This document shows, piece after piece, positions 45,743 to 56,305 of a DNA stretch of 64,000 nucleotides. This DNA comes from Oopsacas minuta (lineage: Eukaryota; Animalia; Porifera): contig JAKMXF010000300.1 in the NCBI GenBank assembly GCA_024704765.1, positions 62,001-126,000 of the forward strand, read 5' to 3'. The stretch's first letter is position 1. Every line of letters starts with the position of its first letter. The notes below the pieces were generated by a model that was not told the origin of the DNA, ran no database searches, and saw only the letters and a program-made list of their open reading frames with translations. Position numbers and translations under genes: made by a program.

Positions 45743-46075
45743 TATTCTAATTATTTAAAGGAAGTATGAATTTGAATTTAGAATTATGAGGATGTCAAAG
45801 GGTAATTACCCTGAATAAGCACACGGGTGCCTCTTTCATGGCCAATTTTTGTTGTAAACTTATCGTAATATTTAAGAATACAGCAAATCTTAGGATTTTG
45901 ATTATCCCAATGGGTTACACATTGAAATCAGGTGTTAATTTAGTACAGAAAATTATTCCACCACGGGGTATAAAAATATAGTATATTCTTATCCAGCATT
46001 TTTTTAGCTTTTGATTTCAAATAAGTCATCGTGAAGGAAAATAGAAAACCAATCACCATAATTCATGTTATTGAT

Positions 46076-48004
46076 TTATCCTTCAAATTGAGCATATTTG
46101 AGAGCAGATGTACCGAATCGTACAACAAGATCTCTAAGAAATCTATCCTTTACTTCCTGTAGACATAATCTGTAATCATGTTTATCTCTGAATTGTGAAA
46201 TATCGAGTGATGGTGAATGTGGCATGTGAATCATAAAAACATCAGGAAGTACCCAAAATTCATAGTTTAGCGCGTCTAATTCGATGATAAAAGAAACTTT
46301 ATTCCATCCGAATCCAACAAATCTGGTATCAAATATAGGACCTTTTTTAGGTAGGAGAATATAAGGTTCATAATCCATATCCCAATCTACCCTATAAGGA
46401 GATATAGCCTCTCTCCAGAGGGTGTAATTTGTCGCAGCGTGACCTCGCGACCACTCGAAATGTCTAAAAGTGTCAATCAACCCATCATCCCACATTTGAA
46501 TCAGGTTTGACTTACCGTCAGGCGAGGAGAATTTGTAACGTAATGTTTCAAATGCTGGTACGATGTAAGCTTTCATATCTGAAATGGAATGAGAATTCTC
46601 ATTCGCTAGCCAATTCTTGAGTTTTGAATCTAAATCAGCCATTGGAAGGAAATCAATATCAGAAACGAATACTGCATCTGTAGAGCTGAAGTTCATGGCT
46701 ACATTTCTCAGATAGTTCACAGGATATAAGTCCCCTGTTCGAAACACAATATGGAATGATATATTTTTTCGCGATTTCAAATAATGACATTCACTAATGT
46801 ACATTAGAATAGCTTCTAGCTCATAATCCATGGTGTAAATAGCTATACTCATATGACCTTCCCATTCTTTCGCTATTCTCTCTAGCATGTGTAATCTATC
46901 CATTGAGAGTTGAGCTACTAACGTAATATCATTGGATGCGGGTGTTTCTGAAGATGGAATGAAATATGGGTGTGTACGATATACACGCGTACCAGCTTGA
47001 TGGATCGCCGCACATGGAGCGATGTTTAGATCGTTATTTGTATGCTTTTTGTTTGCCTCCAGAAAAATACGATTCTTAACAGCATTACCGTCTAGCTTAA
47101 GGTATACATGATATAAGTTAGCAACACTTCTCGCTATTTCAGTTTCAAGTTCGTGTTTTGAAGGAGAGTTCCAATGTACTATTGTATAACTATTTTCGTT
47201 ACAAATTTGCTTGGCAAGAGACTTTGCACTGATTTGATAATTCCATACACAAGGAAGCTGGTATACATAATCAGGATAATGAGATAGAAATGAATTTATT
47301 ATATCTTGATCTGCTTGCTGGACTCTACCAATTTTCTCTTGCAGTAGTGTATGTTCTTTTTGCCATAATTCTAACCATTTCATAGCACGCATCTTCTCCA
47401 AATCCATCAACATAACACCGGTATTGTAACCACGACCTAATGAAGTGAACATTCGTTTTTCAGTATAATAATTACTGAGATTTTCAACTAGCCCAATAAA
47501 TTGATTTCTACCCATTAATTCAAACAAATCCCATAATCCTTGTAGACTATCGATAACAACTATATCTGTATCTAATAGAATAACTTTGCTAATTGTTATT
47601 GGCAATATCTCTTCAACAATTAACTTGCTTAGACCGAATATGCCAGAGTGATGTGAGTTTGGAATGTAGTTTAATAAATGTTCAAAATTCTCTAAATGAT
47701 AAAATGAGAATTCCACGTCTTCGATTTCCCAAGATCTGAAAAGCACAGATAATGTAGTGTAAGCAGGCGAATTTGTAATAATATGCAGGTGTAGTCCTGA
47801 GCGTCTATGAAAGAGAAGAGATTTTAAGAATGGCATTGCTGTTCGACAAGAAACCTGTCCAGCTATAACTGATACAATATGTATCACTTCTCCATCAATA
47901 TTCGTTATGTCCCGAGGTTGGGACTTTGGCCATTTTGTGTATATAAGAAATATAAGAATTATTGGAATTATGATTAGAATCAGTGTACGATATTTTTTCT
48001 TCAT
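46076..48004 (-). CDS. LARGE1: LARGE xylosyl- and glucuronyltransferase (GT8 + GT49)
   Basis: N-terminal TM; HHSGIFGLSKL, LDTDI, ADQDIIN, LPCVWN; ITLVAQLSMDRL, YPVNYLRN, DIDFLP, GFGWNKVS. ATG at 48004. Pro-ortholog of LARGE1/2. Confidence 0.93.
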   Translation of the reverse strand: MKKKYRTLILIIIPIILIFLIYTKWPKSQPRDITNIDGEVIHIVSVIAGQVSCRTAMPFLKSLLFHRRSGLHLHIITNSPAYTTLSVLFRSWEIEDVEFSFYHLENFEHLLNYIPNSHHSGIFGLSKLIVEEILPITISKVILLDTDIVVIDSLQGLWDLFELMGRNQFIGLVENLSNYYTEKRMFTSLGRGYNTGVMLMDLEKMRAMKWLELWQKEHTLLQEKIGRVQQADQDIINSFLSHYPDYVYQLPCVWNYQISAKSLAKQICNENSYTIVHWNSPSKHELETEIARSVANLYHVYLKLDGNAVKNRIFLEANKKHTNNDLNIAPCAAIHQAGTRVYRTHPYFIPSSETPASNDITLVAQLSMDRLHMLERIAKEWEGHMSIAIYTMDYELEAILMYISECHYLKSRKNISFHIVFRTGDLYPVNYLRNVAMNFSSTDAVFVSDIDFLPMADLDSKLKNWLANENSHSISDMKAYIVPAFETLRYKFSSPDGKSNLIQMWDDGLIDTFRHFEWSRGHAATNYTLWREAISPYRVDWDMDYEPYILLPKKGPIFDTRFVGFGWNKVSFIIELDALNYEFWVLPDVFMIHMPHSPSLDISQFRDKHDYRLCLQEVKDRFLRDLVVRFGTSALKYAQFEG

Positions 48005-48209
48005 AAACACAGAGATTCCCTTGACGAACGTGAATATTTATCTAAAAAGAAAAAGATAATTACAGTGGAAACTCGTTGTTGCGAACATCAACGGACATGC
48101 GGAGATATCCCAATATTCGTATTAACCACTGTAATGATATTTAAATAGAAAATACAATAATATGGGCAGTAAATCAATCACTCAATTCAATCTTTATGAA
48201 AACAATAAT

Positions 48210-49418
48210 TCAACTGATAATACATTTCTCTTTCCTTCTAGGAACAGGTCTTTGAATATAATTCCCAGAACCTCGAATCAACGTTAATTCTTCCTCATAA
48301 TAACTATTTATTTCTAAGTCTTCTAACTCCTTAACTAGTGAGAGAGTAGCGTTGAGCTCTTTCTGTTCACTCTTAGCACTTTCAATACATTTTTCTGAGC
48401 AACACCATTGCATAAATGCCGCTATACTTAAACCCAAGAATGAGTGAAGAACGGATTTTAATATGAAACCCTGGTATGCATGGGAGTACACATTGTTACA
48501 TACGAAACATAGTTTACACCTCTCAATAGCACGATCCAACACTCTGCAGAGCAGAGGAGCTAGAGAACGATCTTGCCAACAAGTTGGATTTTGCTCTATT
48601 ATAATTTCACAGGCTAGAATTTGCAGAGATAGTGCATTGAATAATTTTCTATGTTTGTCTTTAAGTGTAGAAATAATTGTATTTTGTAAATTTTGATTTA
48701 CATCTTCACGGTATTTTGCGGTTGTGTTTGAAATGATTTTTATTTTTGGGAGTTTTTGAAGTATGAAAGGTAGGAAATCCATTCTACTCGTTTGATAGTG
48801 TATTTCACGAAGATGTCCACAGTTAAGTAATGTGAAAGGGAAATTGCTTGCTGGAATAATATTGCAATCTACGTTTAGAATTTCTAATTTGTTCAACATA
48901 CCAACAGATGCTGGGATCGAAGTTAATTCATTGGATTGCAAATCTAATAGTTTTAAATTCGGCAAATTCCAGAATTGAAGTTGTTCCTTGCAATCTCCTA
49001 AACTGGAATGACGAATTGAAAGACATTCTAGATGCTCTATGTTTAGAATGGAAGAGAGAGCTCGTTCCAAATCAGGATCAAGAAAATGTAAATAGGAAAC
49101 TTCAAATTCTTTTAAGAGTGGAATATATTCTGTAGTGAAAAAGCGAATAAAGAAAATTCTCCAATCAAAATGCTGAGTAAATAATAATGTTAAATTTTCT
49201 AAAGATACTGATTTTGACTTTAAACCTTCAAACAATTCCTTACAAGATATTTCACAATATTTACGACCTTCTTTCGGTGCATTTAGATGTGCTTTGAATT
49301 TAATGGATAATTTCGTTACATTACGAAATGAGTTGAAAATGTCTGTAATCAATATTTTCAAATCTATTCCTATCTCAAGTGGTGAAAGTATAAGATCGCT
49401 TTCAAATTGTTCTACCAT
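48210..49418 (-). CDS. LRR protein with BC-box-like helix and Cys-rich C-terminus (LRRC58/LRRC63-like)
   Basis: LKLLDLQSNELTSIPASVGMLNKLEILNVDCN; SLQILACEII; CFVC...CCSEKC. Confidence 0.7.
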   Translation of the reverse strand: MVEQFESDLILSPLEIGIDLKILITDIFNSFRNVTKLSIKFKAHLNAPKEGRKYCEISCKELFEGLKSKSVSLENLTLLFTQHFDWRIFFIRFFTTEYIPLLKEFEVSYLHFLDPDLERALSSILNIEHLECLSIRHSSLGDCKEQLQFWNLPNLKLLDLQSNELTSIPASVGMLNKLEILNVDCNIIPASNFPFTLLNCGHLREIHYQTSRMDFLPFILQKLPKIKIISNTTAKYREDVNQNLQNTIISTLKDKHRKLFNALSLQILACEIIIEQNPTCWQDRSLAPLLCRVLDRAIERCKLCFVCNNVYSHAYQGFILKSVLHSFLGLSIAAFMQWCCSEKCIESAKSEQKELNATLSLVKELEDLEINSYYEEELTLIRGSGNYIQRPVPRRKEKCIIS

Positions 49419-49662
49419 CTGGATAACTACTTAAACCAACTTAGAAATGAGAAAATAAAGAATCTTAGAATGAGAATACAAATTATTAAAGGTTAAGCTG
49501 TAGAGGTCAAAGTCAAATAGGGTTTTTATAATATACAAAATCGTTTATATTTATCTAAATTGTAACAAATCGGCAAGTAAAATATTAAGAAATTTGTGCC
49601 TATCAGTATCCTGAAAAGTGAAAACTAATAATATACTGGGGAATGGATATATATTGAATATC

Positions 49663-51429
49663 CTATTTATAACTGGAAATAGCATTCCTTATCACCGGAT
49701 TATCCTCAAGATATTTATTCGCAATAGATACTGTGAGATTCCGCGAAGCGATAAGAATCGCAATAGCAACCACCTTCTTGGCTCCAATAGCCCTACTCAC
49801 ATGAATTGTAACATCATTTGATAGGTAAGGAGTTGGATCATCATCTTGATAGATTGCAGAAATAATTGCATTAGTACATTTCTCAACTGAAGCACCGCTG
49901 AATCTCATTACAATCTCAAGTAAACGGTTGTATAGTTTAAAGTTTGTTGGTTGTACATCTATCATATAATTCTCTAAGATTTTACCTTGTAATATGTGTG
50001 CTCCTGTTGTGATAGTGTTGAGAATCCATTTTAATATGATTTCTTCGTAGAAATCAATTCCAGTTACGTTCAATATTTCACTCGAAGAGAGTAGATTTTT
50101 AGGATTAAGAATTTCAATGCAATTATCAAATAGATCGATCAGAGGTTTGTTCCCTGACATTTCTTTAATAATGCCAAACATAGTACAAGGCAATTTCTTA
50201 ACTTCATTGATAACACGTTTGGTATATTCTAAATTGTCGGATTCAGAAATAAGAAGTATAACAGTATCGCATTGATTTAAGCTAGAGAATAGTAATTCAA
50301 ACCGATTCCATGAAATTGCGTACAAGTCACCGAATTTAGCTTCCAAATCTCCTTCAATATTACATAAAGCATCATACGCATTGTATAAGAATCCTCTTAT
50401 TGTATTATAATCAGTTCCGAATGTAGGAGGACATTCTGAAGCATCTATCAGCCCCAGAACCCCAAATGTACCGTTAGCAACATAGTATATGTGTCCATCT
50501 TCTTTGTTTGGTGTTTTCTTTATGAGAGAATCCCCACAGGATTGTATTAACGAAATTGTTTGATTTTTGTAAACAGGATATTGTTGGTAAGCTTTGTAAT
50601 AGATATTTTCAAAGAAATACTGTACGATTTCAGGGTATGTTTTGGTAGATAAATTTGATGGGATATGTCCAGCTTTCAAATGCGCGGCTATAAATATTGT
50701 TTCTAGAATAATCTTAGTCGCAGTTCCTCCTTTCATTCGGGAAGATCCTGTAATTGGTTCAGCGCCTAAAACAGGATTAATAATATGACTATTTTTCATT
50801 TCTACTGCGATATCATAAAAACATTTCCCCAGACCATGTAGCGTATGTTTCCGAGCTAATTCAACAGGGTTAAAGCCTAGAAGAACTGGTATGAACTTGT
50901 CGTTGTGTAGACAATAGTCCAATTGTCCAGCTACATATGGAGCAGATAATCCACATGTTATACCGAAATAAATTACACGGGAGTAACTCTTCGCTAGACT
51001 TGCTAGCTCACTTGATCCTACATTCCATTCATCCTCCTTTGCTTCTTGGGAAATGAAAAGAGAACGATCATCTCCAGCTAATAAATACTCGTAGTATTTC
51101 GGTAGAGACAGATTATTTAGAATTTTATTAAATGCTCGTGTAACCATGAATCCAATACGACCTGAAGTACCACACCCACTTAATACTATTTTACCATTAG
51201 GATTTGTGAAAATATTTTTGACAATTGTCTCAGCAACTAGAGCACATTGTTCAATACAAATTTTGTTTAAGATTCCATTGCAAATTGGATCATCAGAGTT
51301 TCCGTGAAATGTTTCGTTATTAGCAGTGTGTATAAGGTCGAATATTTGTTCAGCATTGGCTATATCGATGTTCTTGGTTATGTCATTAGACCGTTCAGTA
51401 AAAGGTGTAAGTGATGGAGTAGTAGCCAT
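49663..51429 (-). CDS. GCKR: Glucokinase regulatory protein-like (tandem SIS domains, MurQ-related)
   Basis: SGCGTSGR, GITCGLSAPYVAG, LGFNP, GAEPITGSSRMKGGTATK, DASECPPTFG, KWILNTITTGAHILQGKILENYMIDV. Confidence 0.85.
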   Translation of the reverse strand: MATTPSLTPFTERSNDITKNIDIANAEQIFDLIHTANNETFHGNSDDPICNGILNKICIEQCALVAETIVKNIFTNPNGKIVLSGCGTSGRIGFMVTRAFNKILNNLSLPKYYEYLLAGDDRSLFISQEAKEDEWNVGSSELASLAKSYSRVIYFGITCGLSAPYVAGQLDYCLHNDKFIPVLLGFNPVELARKHTLHGLGKCFYDIAVEMKNSHIINPVLGAEPITGSSRMKGGTATKIILETIFIAAHLKAGHIPSNLSTKTYPEIVQYFFENIYYKAYQQYPVYKNQTISLIQSCGDSLIKKTPNKEDGHIYYVANGTFGVLGLIDASECPPTFGTDYNTIRGFLYNAYDALCNIEGDLEAKFGDLYAISWNRFELLFSSLNQCDTVILLISESDNLEYTKRVINEVKKLPCTMFGIIKEMSGNKPLIDLFDNCIEILNPKNLLSSSEILNVTGIDFYEEIILKWILNTITTGAHILQGKILENYMIDVQPTNFKLYNRLLEIVMRFSGASVEKCTNAIISAIYQDDDPTPYLSNDVTIHVSRAIGAKKVVAIAILIASRNLTVSIANKYLEDNPVIRNAISSYK

Positions 51430-51770
51430 TCTGAACTAATTGCATGATAGAATATAAAATAATTGAATGAGAGGCATTACGATATTGTGTACAAATACGT
51501 ACGTATATGGTTTATCTCGTAAAACAAATAATCAATTACTGGTTTTATGCCATTGAAAGAAATCGTGATGGTATGTATTTGTATTCATAGACTGAAGTGC
51601 GGTCAGTTGGTGGCTCATCTTTTACTACTATACGCAATATGAACGTATTTGAATACAAATAAACCGTATTTCATACTCAGTTATTTATCCCTGTATTACT
51701 ATTAAACTAAGTAGAGTTAGCGATAAGTTAAAGTGACTTATGAATTGATGAATTTATCAAAATATTCAGT

Positions 51771-52091
51771 TTACAGAAACTTTTCAGGTAGGTCAACATT
51801 TCCCATAGCAATACCCATCATAATATTCTTCTCAACCATAGGTCCTAACTCCATCCATCTCAGTATAGTTCTATTCCTAACATTAATCAATTTATCTAAA
51901 CATAGTGCTGTACATCTCTTCTCCTCTTCAGTTAGTTTACGTTGTGCATGAGTTGATACACAATTTGTATAACAAGTTTCTGTTAATACATTATACATTT
52001 TCATTACCATTTTGAATTGATTAATCTGATCAGCTGTACCTCCATGCTGTTGTTGTGTTGAGGAGAATTCTTGTTGGATTAACGGATTCAT
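51771..52091 (-). CDS. Small Tim intermembrane-space chaperone (Tim9/Tim10B family)
   Basis: Twin CX3C (CYTNC...CTALC), YNVLTETC and KLINVRNR...MELGP; resembles TIMM10B/TIMM9. Confidence 0.88.
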   Translation of the reverse strand: MNPLIQQEFSSTQQQHGGTADQINQFKMVMKMYNVLTETCYTNCVSTHAQRKLTEEEKRCTALCLDKLINVRNRTILRWMELGPMVEKNIMMGIAMGNVDLPEKFL

Positions 52092-52260
52092 TATATAAAT
52101 ACAAAGCTATTAATGAAACAACAAAATCATAGTTTGTAAATTCTATACAATTCCAATCGATATGAGCAGTGACAATTTACAATAAAGAATTACAACAAAA
52201 AATGGTAAAATGCAAAAGAAATGATTACACCAAAATATCCGAAATAGAAATCTGAGATAA

Positions 52261-53349
52261 TTAATATTCGCCCATCAAAGGCTCATATAAAATGTTATTC
52301 ATTCTATCAATGTTTGCTTTTCCAGTCCAACAATTGTACAGTTTATGAGTTATGTGGAGAAGTAATATAAGGAGAGATGGGAGGAGTAATAGGATGACAT
52401 AGATTAAAAGGAAGAATAAACCAGACCAACCGATTATTTCGGCTCCCATATGAGATGGTAGATGAAAATGTTTGTAGTTAATAGTTACATTTAGTTGTAT
52501 CCCATATAAGGTATCGAAGTAACAGTTTGAGTTAGGAAGCAGGACATTTAATTGAAGAATTAGAAAAACTACCGTAGTCAATATCAAGAAGAAAAACGCT
52601 GTAATAAAAATTCCCATCGCGATTTTATAATGCCTGAGAATCAAAGTGTGATTCCTGAAGGTTTCTGGGTTCCATTCGAAGAGACAAATCTCTTTTATCT
52701 TAGACTGAATAGCTCTACACATCTTCTTGCTAGTGCGAATTACATTCACCCAATTGATGAAGAAGAAAATTACGATAATCGCTGGAAATAATATTTGAAG
52801 CCAGGGTATCATTAAAATAGTATGTATTAAATATTGGAGAAACCAATATAGTAGATATTTGATGCCAGTCCCTTTTGGAAGTTTATGTCCGAAGTATCTT
52901 CCTACTAAGTAGGAATTCAAGATTGAGATTAACATGAATTGTGTGATGAACAACATAGATGTAGTGACGAAGACAAAGAATATAACGAAGGGAAATTTTA
53001 GTGCGTATTTGTATAAAGTGGGGAGATTGCAGAAATCCTCATCATGTACCAAGTGCAGCTGTGTACTAATTCCAGCAATTCCGAATGTCAAAAATAAGAT
53101 TATTAGTATTTCTACCAGAATCAGAATTACAAGACAATAATCCTTGGTTCGAACAGTATTTAAAGCGAAAAGTACTTCGGAGCGGGTTCTTGAATCAACA
53201 TCATTATACTCTAAGTAATGTAAACGTTTTTTCGATATCAAATACAAACGGTATAATATAATTACCAACCAATAGAACAAAACAATTAAACCAATTATTA
53301 AGATAACTACCGCAATAGAATAGTGTATTAGCGAACTCACAGACAGCAT
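52261..53349 (-). CDS. Orphan 7-TM (GPCR-like) protein, paralog 1
   Basis: Seven hydrophobic segments; shares a core with 54333-55448. Confidence 0.75.
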   Translation of the reverse strand: MLSVSSLIHYSIAVVILIIGLIVLFYWLVIILYRLYLISKKRLHYLEYNDVDSRTRSEVLFALNTVRTKDYCLVILILVEILIILFLTFGIAGISTQLHLVHDEDFCNLPTLYKYALKFPFVIFFVFVTTSMLFITQFMLISILNSYLVGRYFGHKLPKGTGIKYLLYWFLQYLIHTILMIPWLQILFPAIIVIFFFINWVNVIRTSKKMCRAIQSKIKEICLFEWNPETFRNHTLILRHYKIAMGIFITAFFFLILTTVVFLILQLNVLLPNSNCYFDTLYGIQLNVTINYKHFHLPSHMGAEIIGWSGLFFLLIYVILLLLPSLLILLLHITHKLYNCWTGKANIDRMNNILYEPLMGEY

Positions 53350-53941
53350 CTGGAATGTATTGTCAGTGTTACTAAGACATTTATAGTCCTTGAAAAGTGA
53401 AAGAAGAATTGTTTTCCCGAATAAACAAGATATCTTTCAGGGTATTTAGACTAATTATATCCATTTGGATATCTCCCCAGAAATAAATCAATGATATAAA
53501 TATAACGATAACATCCTGGTAACCGCTAACGTCTGGTTATTAATTAAAAATGCAATCCTACATCACTAATTATAATTCTGGTTAGTCAATTGTCATTATA
53601 TTCAGTGAAAAAGTTCGTTACAAATATCTTAGCAATTATGATCAGATCGTCCAATACAAATATTGTTAATGATCCCATCACAAAATTGGGTAATTGAGTA
53701 TTAAGGATATTCTATAATAATGCATTGCATAATCTCCAATAAAACGCAAGGTTTGTAACTATGGGAATTGAAAAAAGGAAATCAAATTTAAGTATCCTGA
53801 GGTGTGGATGGGAACAGAAATAAGATGAAATTTGTGTAAGCAGTAATAGCTAACGAATTAGAGAGTTATAGTGGAACTTTCCTAAGCAAGGTGTTAGGTA
53901 TAGGATTAGTGAACAGATTGAATCTTGATATACAATACGTA

Positions 53942-54103
53942 CACAGTAAACCCCCGTTATATTGAATATCAAAATACCCGATTATTTGAAGTCTGAAATT
54001 GTACAAATATGGAACCAAACCGTCAAAGTAACATATATTCATCGAATATACCGAAGTAATAATCGCAGTCTGTTGAGCTTCGAATTAATGGGAGTTGACT
54101 GTA
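53942..54103. mobile_element. pogo/Tigger-like MITE, copy 2
   Basis: cacagtaaacccccgttatattgaa ... ttcgaattaatgggagttgactgta termini; homologous to 39554-39728. Confidence 0.75.
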
Positions 54104-54332
54104 CATATCACACATTATGCGATCTGATATATATAATTGATCATTCAAGCTCTCCAGCTCAATATTACCCTAGAATTCAACCAAATACACTGTAAGTTAT
54201 CTTATAATTATTCATAATAGCCATTTACTGTCAAATATTCAATAATCAAATTGAACTTGTAAAGTAAATTAGTTACAAACGGAATTACATTAAAATGAGT
54301 AAATACATATCTTATTAGAAACGGAAGCATTT

Positions 54333-55448
54333 TTAATAATGGTTGATGAGAGGATCAAATAGTGTGTTATTGAATCTTTTAAAGGTAATTTTTCCAGTCC
54401 AAACATGGGAAATCGAATTGGCCACATGGCAGAGGAACAGCAAGAGAGATGGGAGAATTAATAGGATTGCATCTATTAGTGCAAAAACGTAAGCAACATA
54501 TGTTGCATTCCGAATGGTACTATTTTGGAAATACCAAACCACACTAGGAGGAAGTTTAAGATTAAGATTTATTCCAAACACTATTTCTAGGTAACAATCA
54601 TTCCCCAGCATAACCTCTAAGAAATGGCTCAAAGATAGAACGAAAATCGCCAATATTAAGAAGAAAAACGCTGTAATTAAAATACTCATCGCAATTTTAT
54701 AATGCTTGAGATTTGTGGTTTGTTTCCTGAATGTTTCTGGATTCCATTCGAAGAGACGAATCTCTTCTATCTTAGACTGAATAGTTCTACACAGCTTCAT
54801 GCTAGTGCGGATAACATTCACCCAATTGATGAAGAAGAAAATTACCACAATTGGTAGTATCAATATTTGAAGCCAGGGTATTATTAAAACAGTTTGTATG
54901 AAGTATTGGAGAAACCAAAATATTATATATTTGAAGACAATCTTTCTAGGAAGTGGGTATCCGAAATATCTCCCAGCTAGGTAGGAATTCAGGAACGATA
55001 TTAACATGAATTGTGTGATGATCAACATATCAATAGAAATGATGACAAATGCATTTGCTGGGTAGATAAATGACAACGCAAGGATCGAGTCTATACTACA
55101 ATCTGGAAAAGTATCATTAATTTTGCGTTTAGCAAAGTTAGATTGATAGAGTTGAATGTTTAACTGAGGCAATGGAATAGTTACGACAAGAAGAACAATG
55201 ATTTCCAATATAATAAGTATGAGAAGAAATAAATCTCTGTTTCGAGCCGTTTTCATTGCAAATTGTAGTTTTGAGTGGACATGAGAGTTCACAAAATGTG
55301 TATGGAGATAATATCTATACTGTTTAATATATAACCTCAGGCGAAAAGCGATAATAATAAACCAGTATATTAAAAGGAAGATGCTTACTGCCCCAAGGAA
55401 TATCCCGGATAAGAATTGTAGATTGTTAGAAGATTTGAAATAATCCAT
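54333..55448 (-). CDS. Orphan 7-TM (GPCR-like) protein, paralog 2
   Basis: Shares ITQFMLIS.LNSYL.GRYFG, FFINWVNVIRTS, IQSKI.EI.LFEWNPETFR and HYKIAM.I.ITAFFFLIL with paralog 1. Confidence 0.75.
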   Translation of the reverse strand: MDYFKSSNNLQFLSGIFLGAVSIFLLIYWFIIIAFRLRLYIKQYRYYLHTHFVNSHVHSKLQFAMKTARNRDLFLLILIILEIIVLLVVTIPLPQLNIQLYQSNFAKRKINDTFPDCSIDSILALSFIYPANAFVIISIDMLIITQFMLISFLNSYLAGRYFGYPLPRKIVFKYIIFWFLQYFIQTVLIIPWLQILILPIVVIFFFINWVNVIRTSMKLCRTIQSKIEEIRLFEWNPETFRKQTTNLKHYKIAMSILITAFFFLILAIFVLSLSHFLEVMLGNDCYLEIVFGINLNLKLPPSVVWYFQNSTIRNATYVAYVFALIDAILLILPSLLLFLCHVANSISHVWTGKITFKRFNNTLFDPLINHY

Positions 55449-56305
55449 CTTAAAATAAACTAGAACAAGTATCCATGGATTATATAGACATCATACTGAA
55501 AGATCATTGGCGATATATTAACCACTATTTGTATGGTCAGCTGTTTGAATATAATATGCTATTAGGAATTATCTGCAGTCAAGTAATTGGGTCCTTTCCA
55601 ATATAATTTTCAAAACTGCTAACGATACAATATTAATTGAAAGGAAATAACTTTTAAAGGGACAACTTCAAATCCTGTTAAATATAACAAGAGGTTGTAT
55701 AATATGTCAATTATTTGAAGTATACAAGTTCATAATTTTTGGAATATGAATTTATTTATTACAAATTTACAGAATTTGAGTAATAACAATTTAGTGTGAA
55801 TGTCAACTTTGCTGATTTATCAGCAAATAATTCCAAAAATCCACCTCAAGCTTGGCAAGAATAAATAATATGGCTCGTCTAACCAGCAACCTAGGAAGGA
55901 CATTGTAATTCAATTATTCCTTCATTTTATATCTCAAATACGCGAAATTATTATAATTTCTGTATCAATCAAAATATGAATTTTTAGGAAAATATACACA
56001 TTCACTGTCTGAATATTGAAAATGTATCTAGCAATATTTCGCTACAAACTTTCCTAAATATTAATTTTAGAATTGTGTGATTGGCTGCTGTACGAATACA
56101 ATATGTATGATTGCATAACGCAATTGAAATAAATATTCTCAATCAACAATCTCAAAAGAATTCTACTGCAATATGATGGACAGCAAAAATTTCAACTAAG
56201 AGCGCACAAGATTACAAGGCAATTGATTAACCTGAGAATACAACATAAGATGTTGTGCTTGTAATACATAAATTAAGGTATAATCCAGTAGTAAAGTAAT
56301 CGGGT

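Noticed and set aside
30495-52091. Functional cluster of mitochondrial genes (NME6, NDUFAF7, DDX28, small Tim)
   Set aside because: They are interspersed with unrelated genes, and four of 18 is compatible with chance.
55650-55700. TTAAAGGGACA and TTAAAGGAGA (13858) as Kolobok-type transposon starts
   Set aside because: Only short similarity (CTTCAAAT..., GAGGTTGTA) and no matching right termini found.
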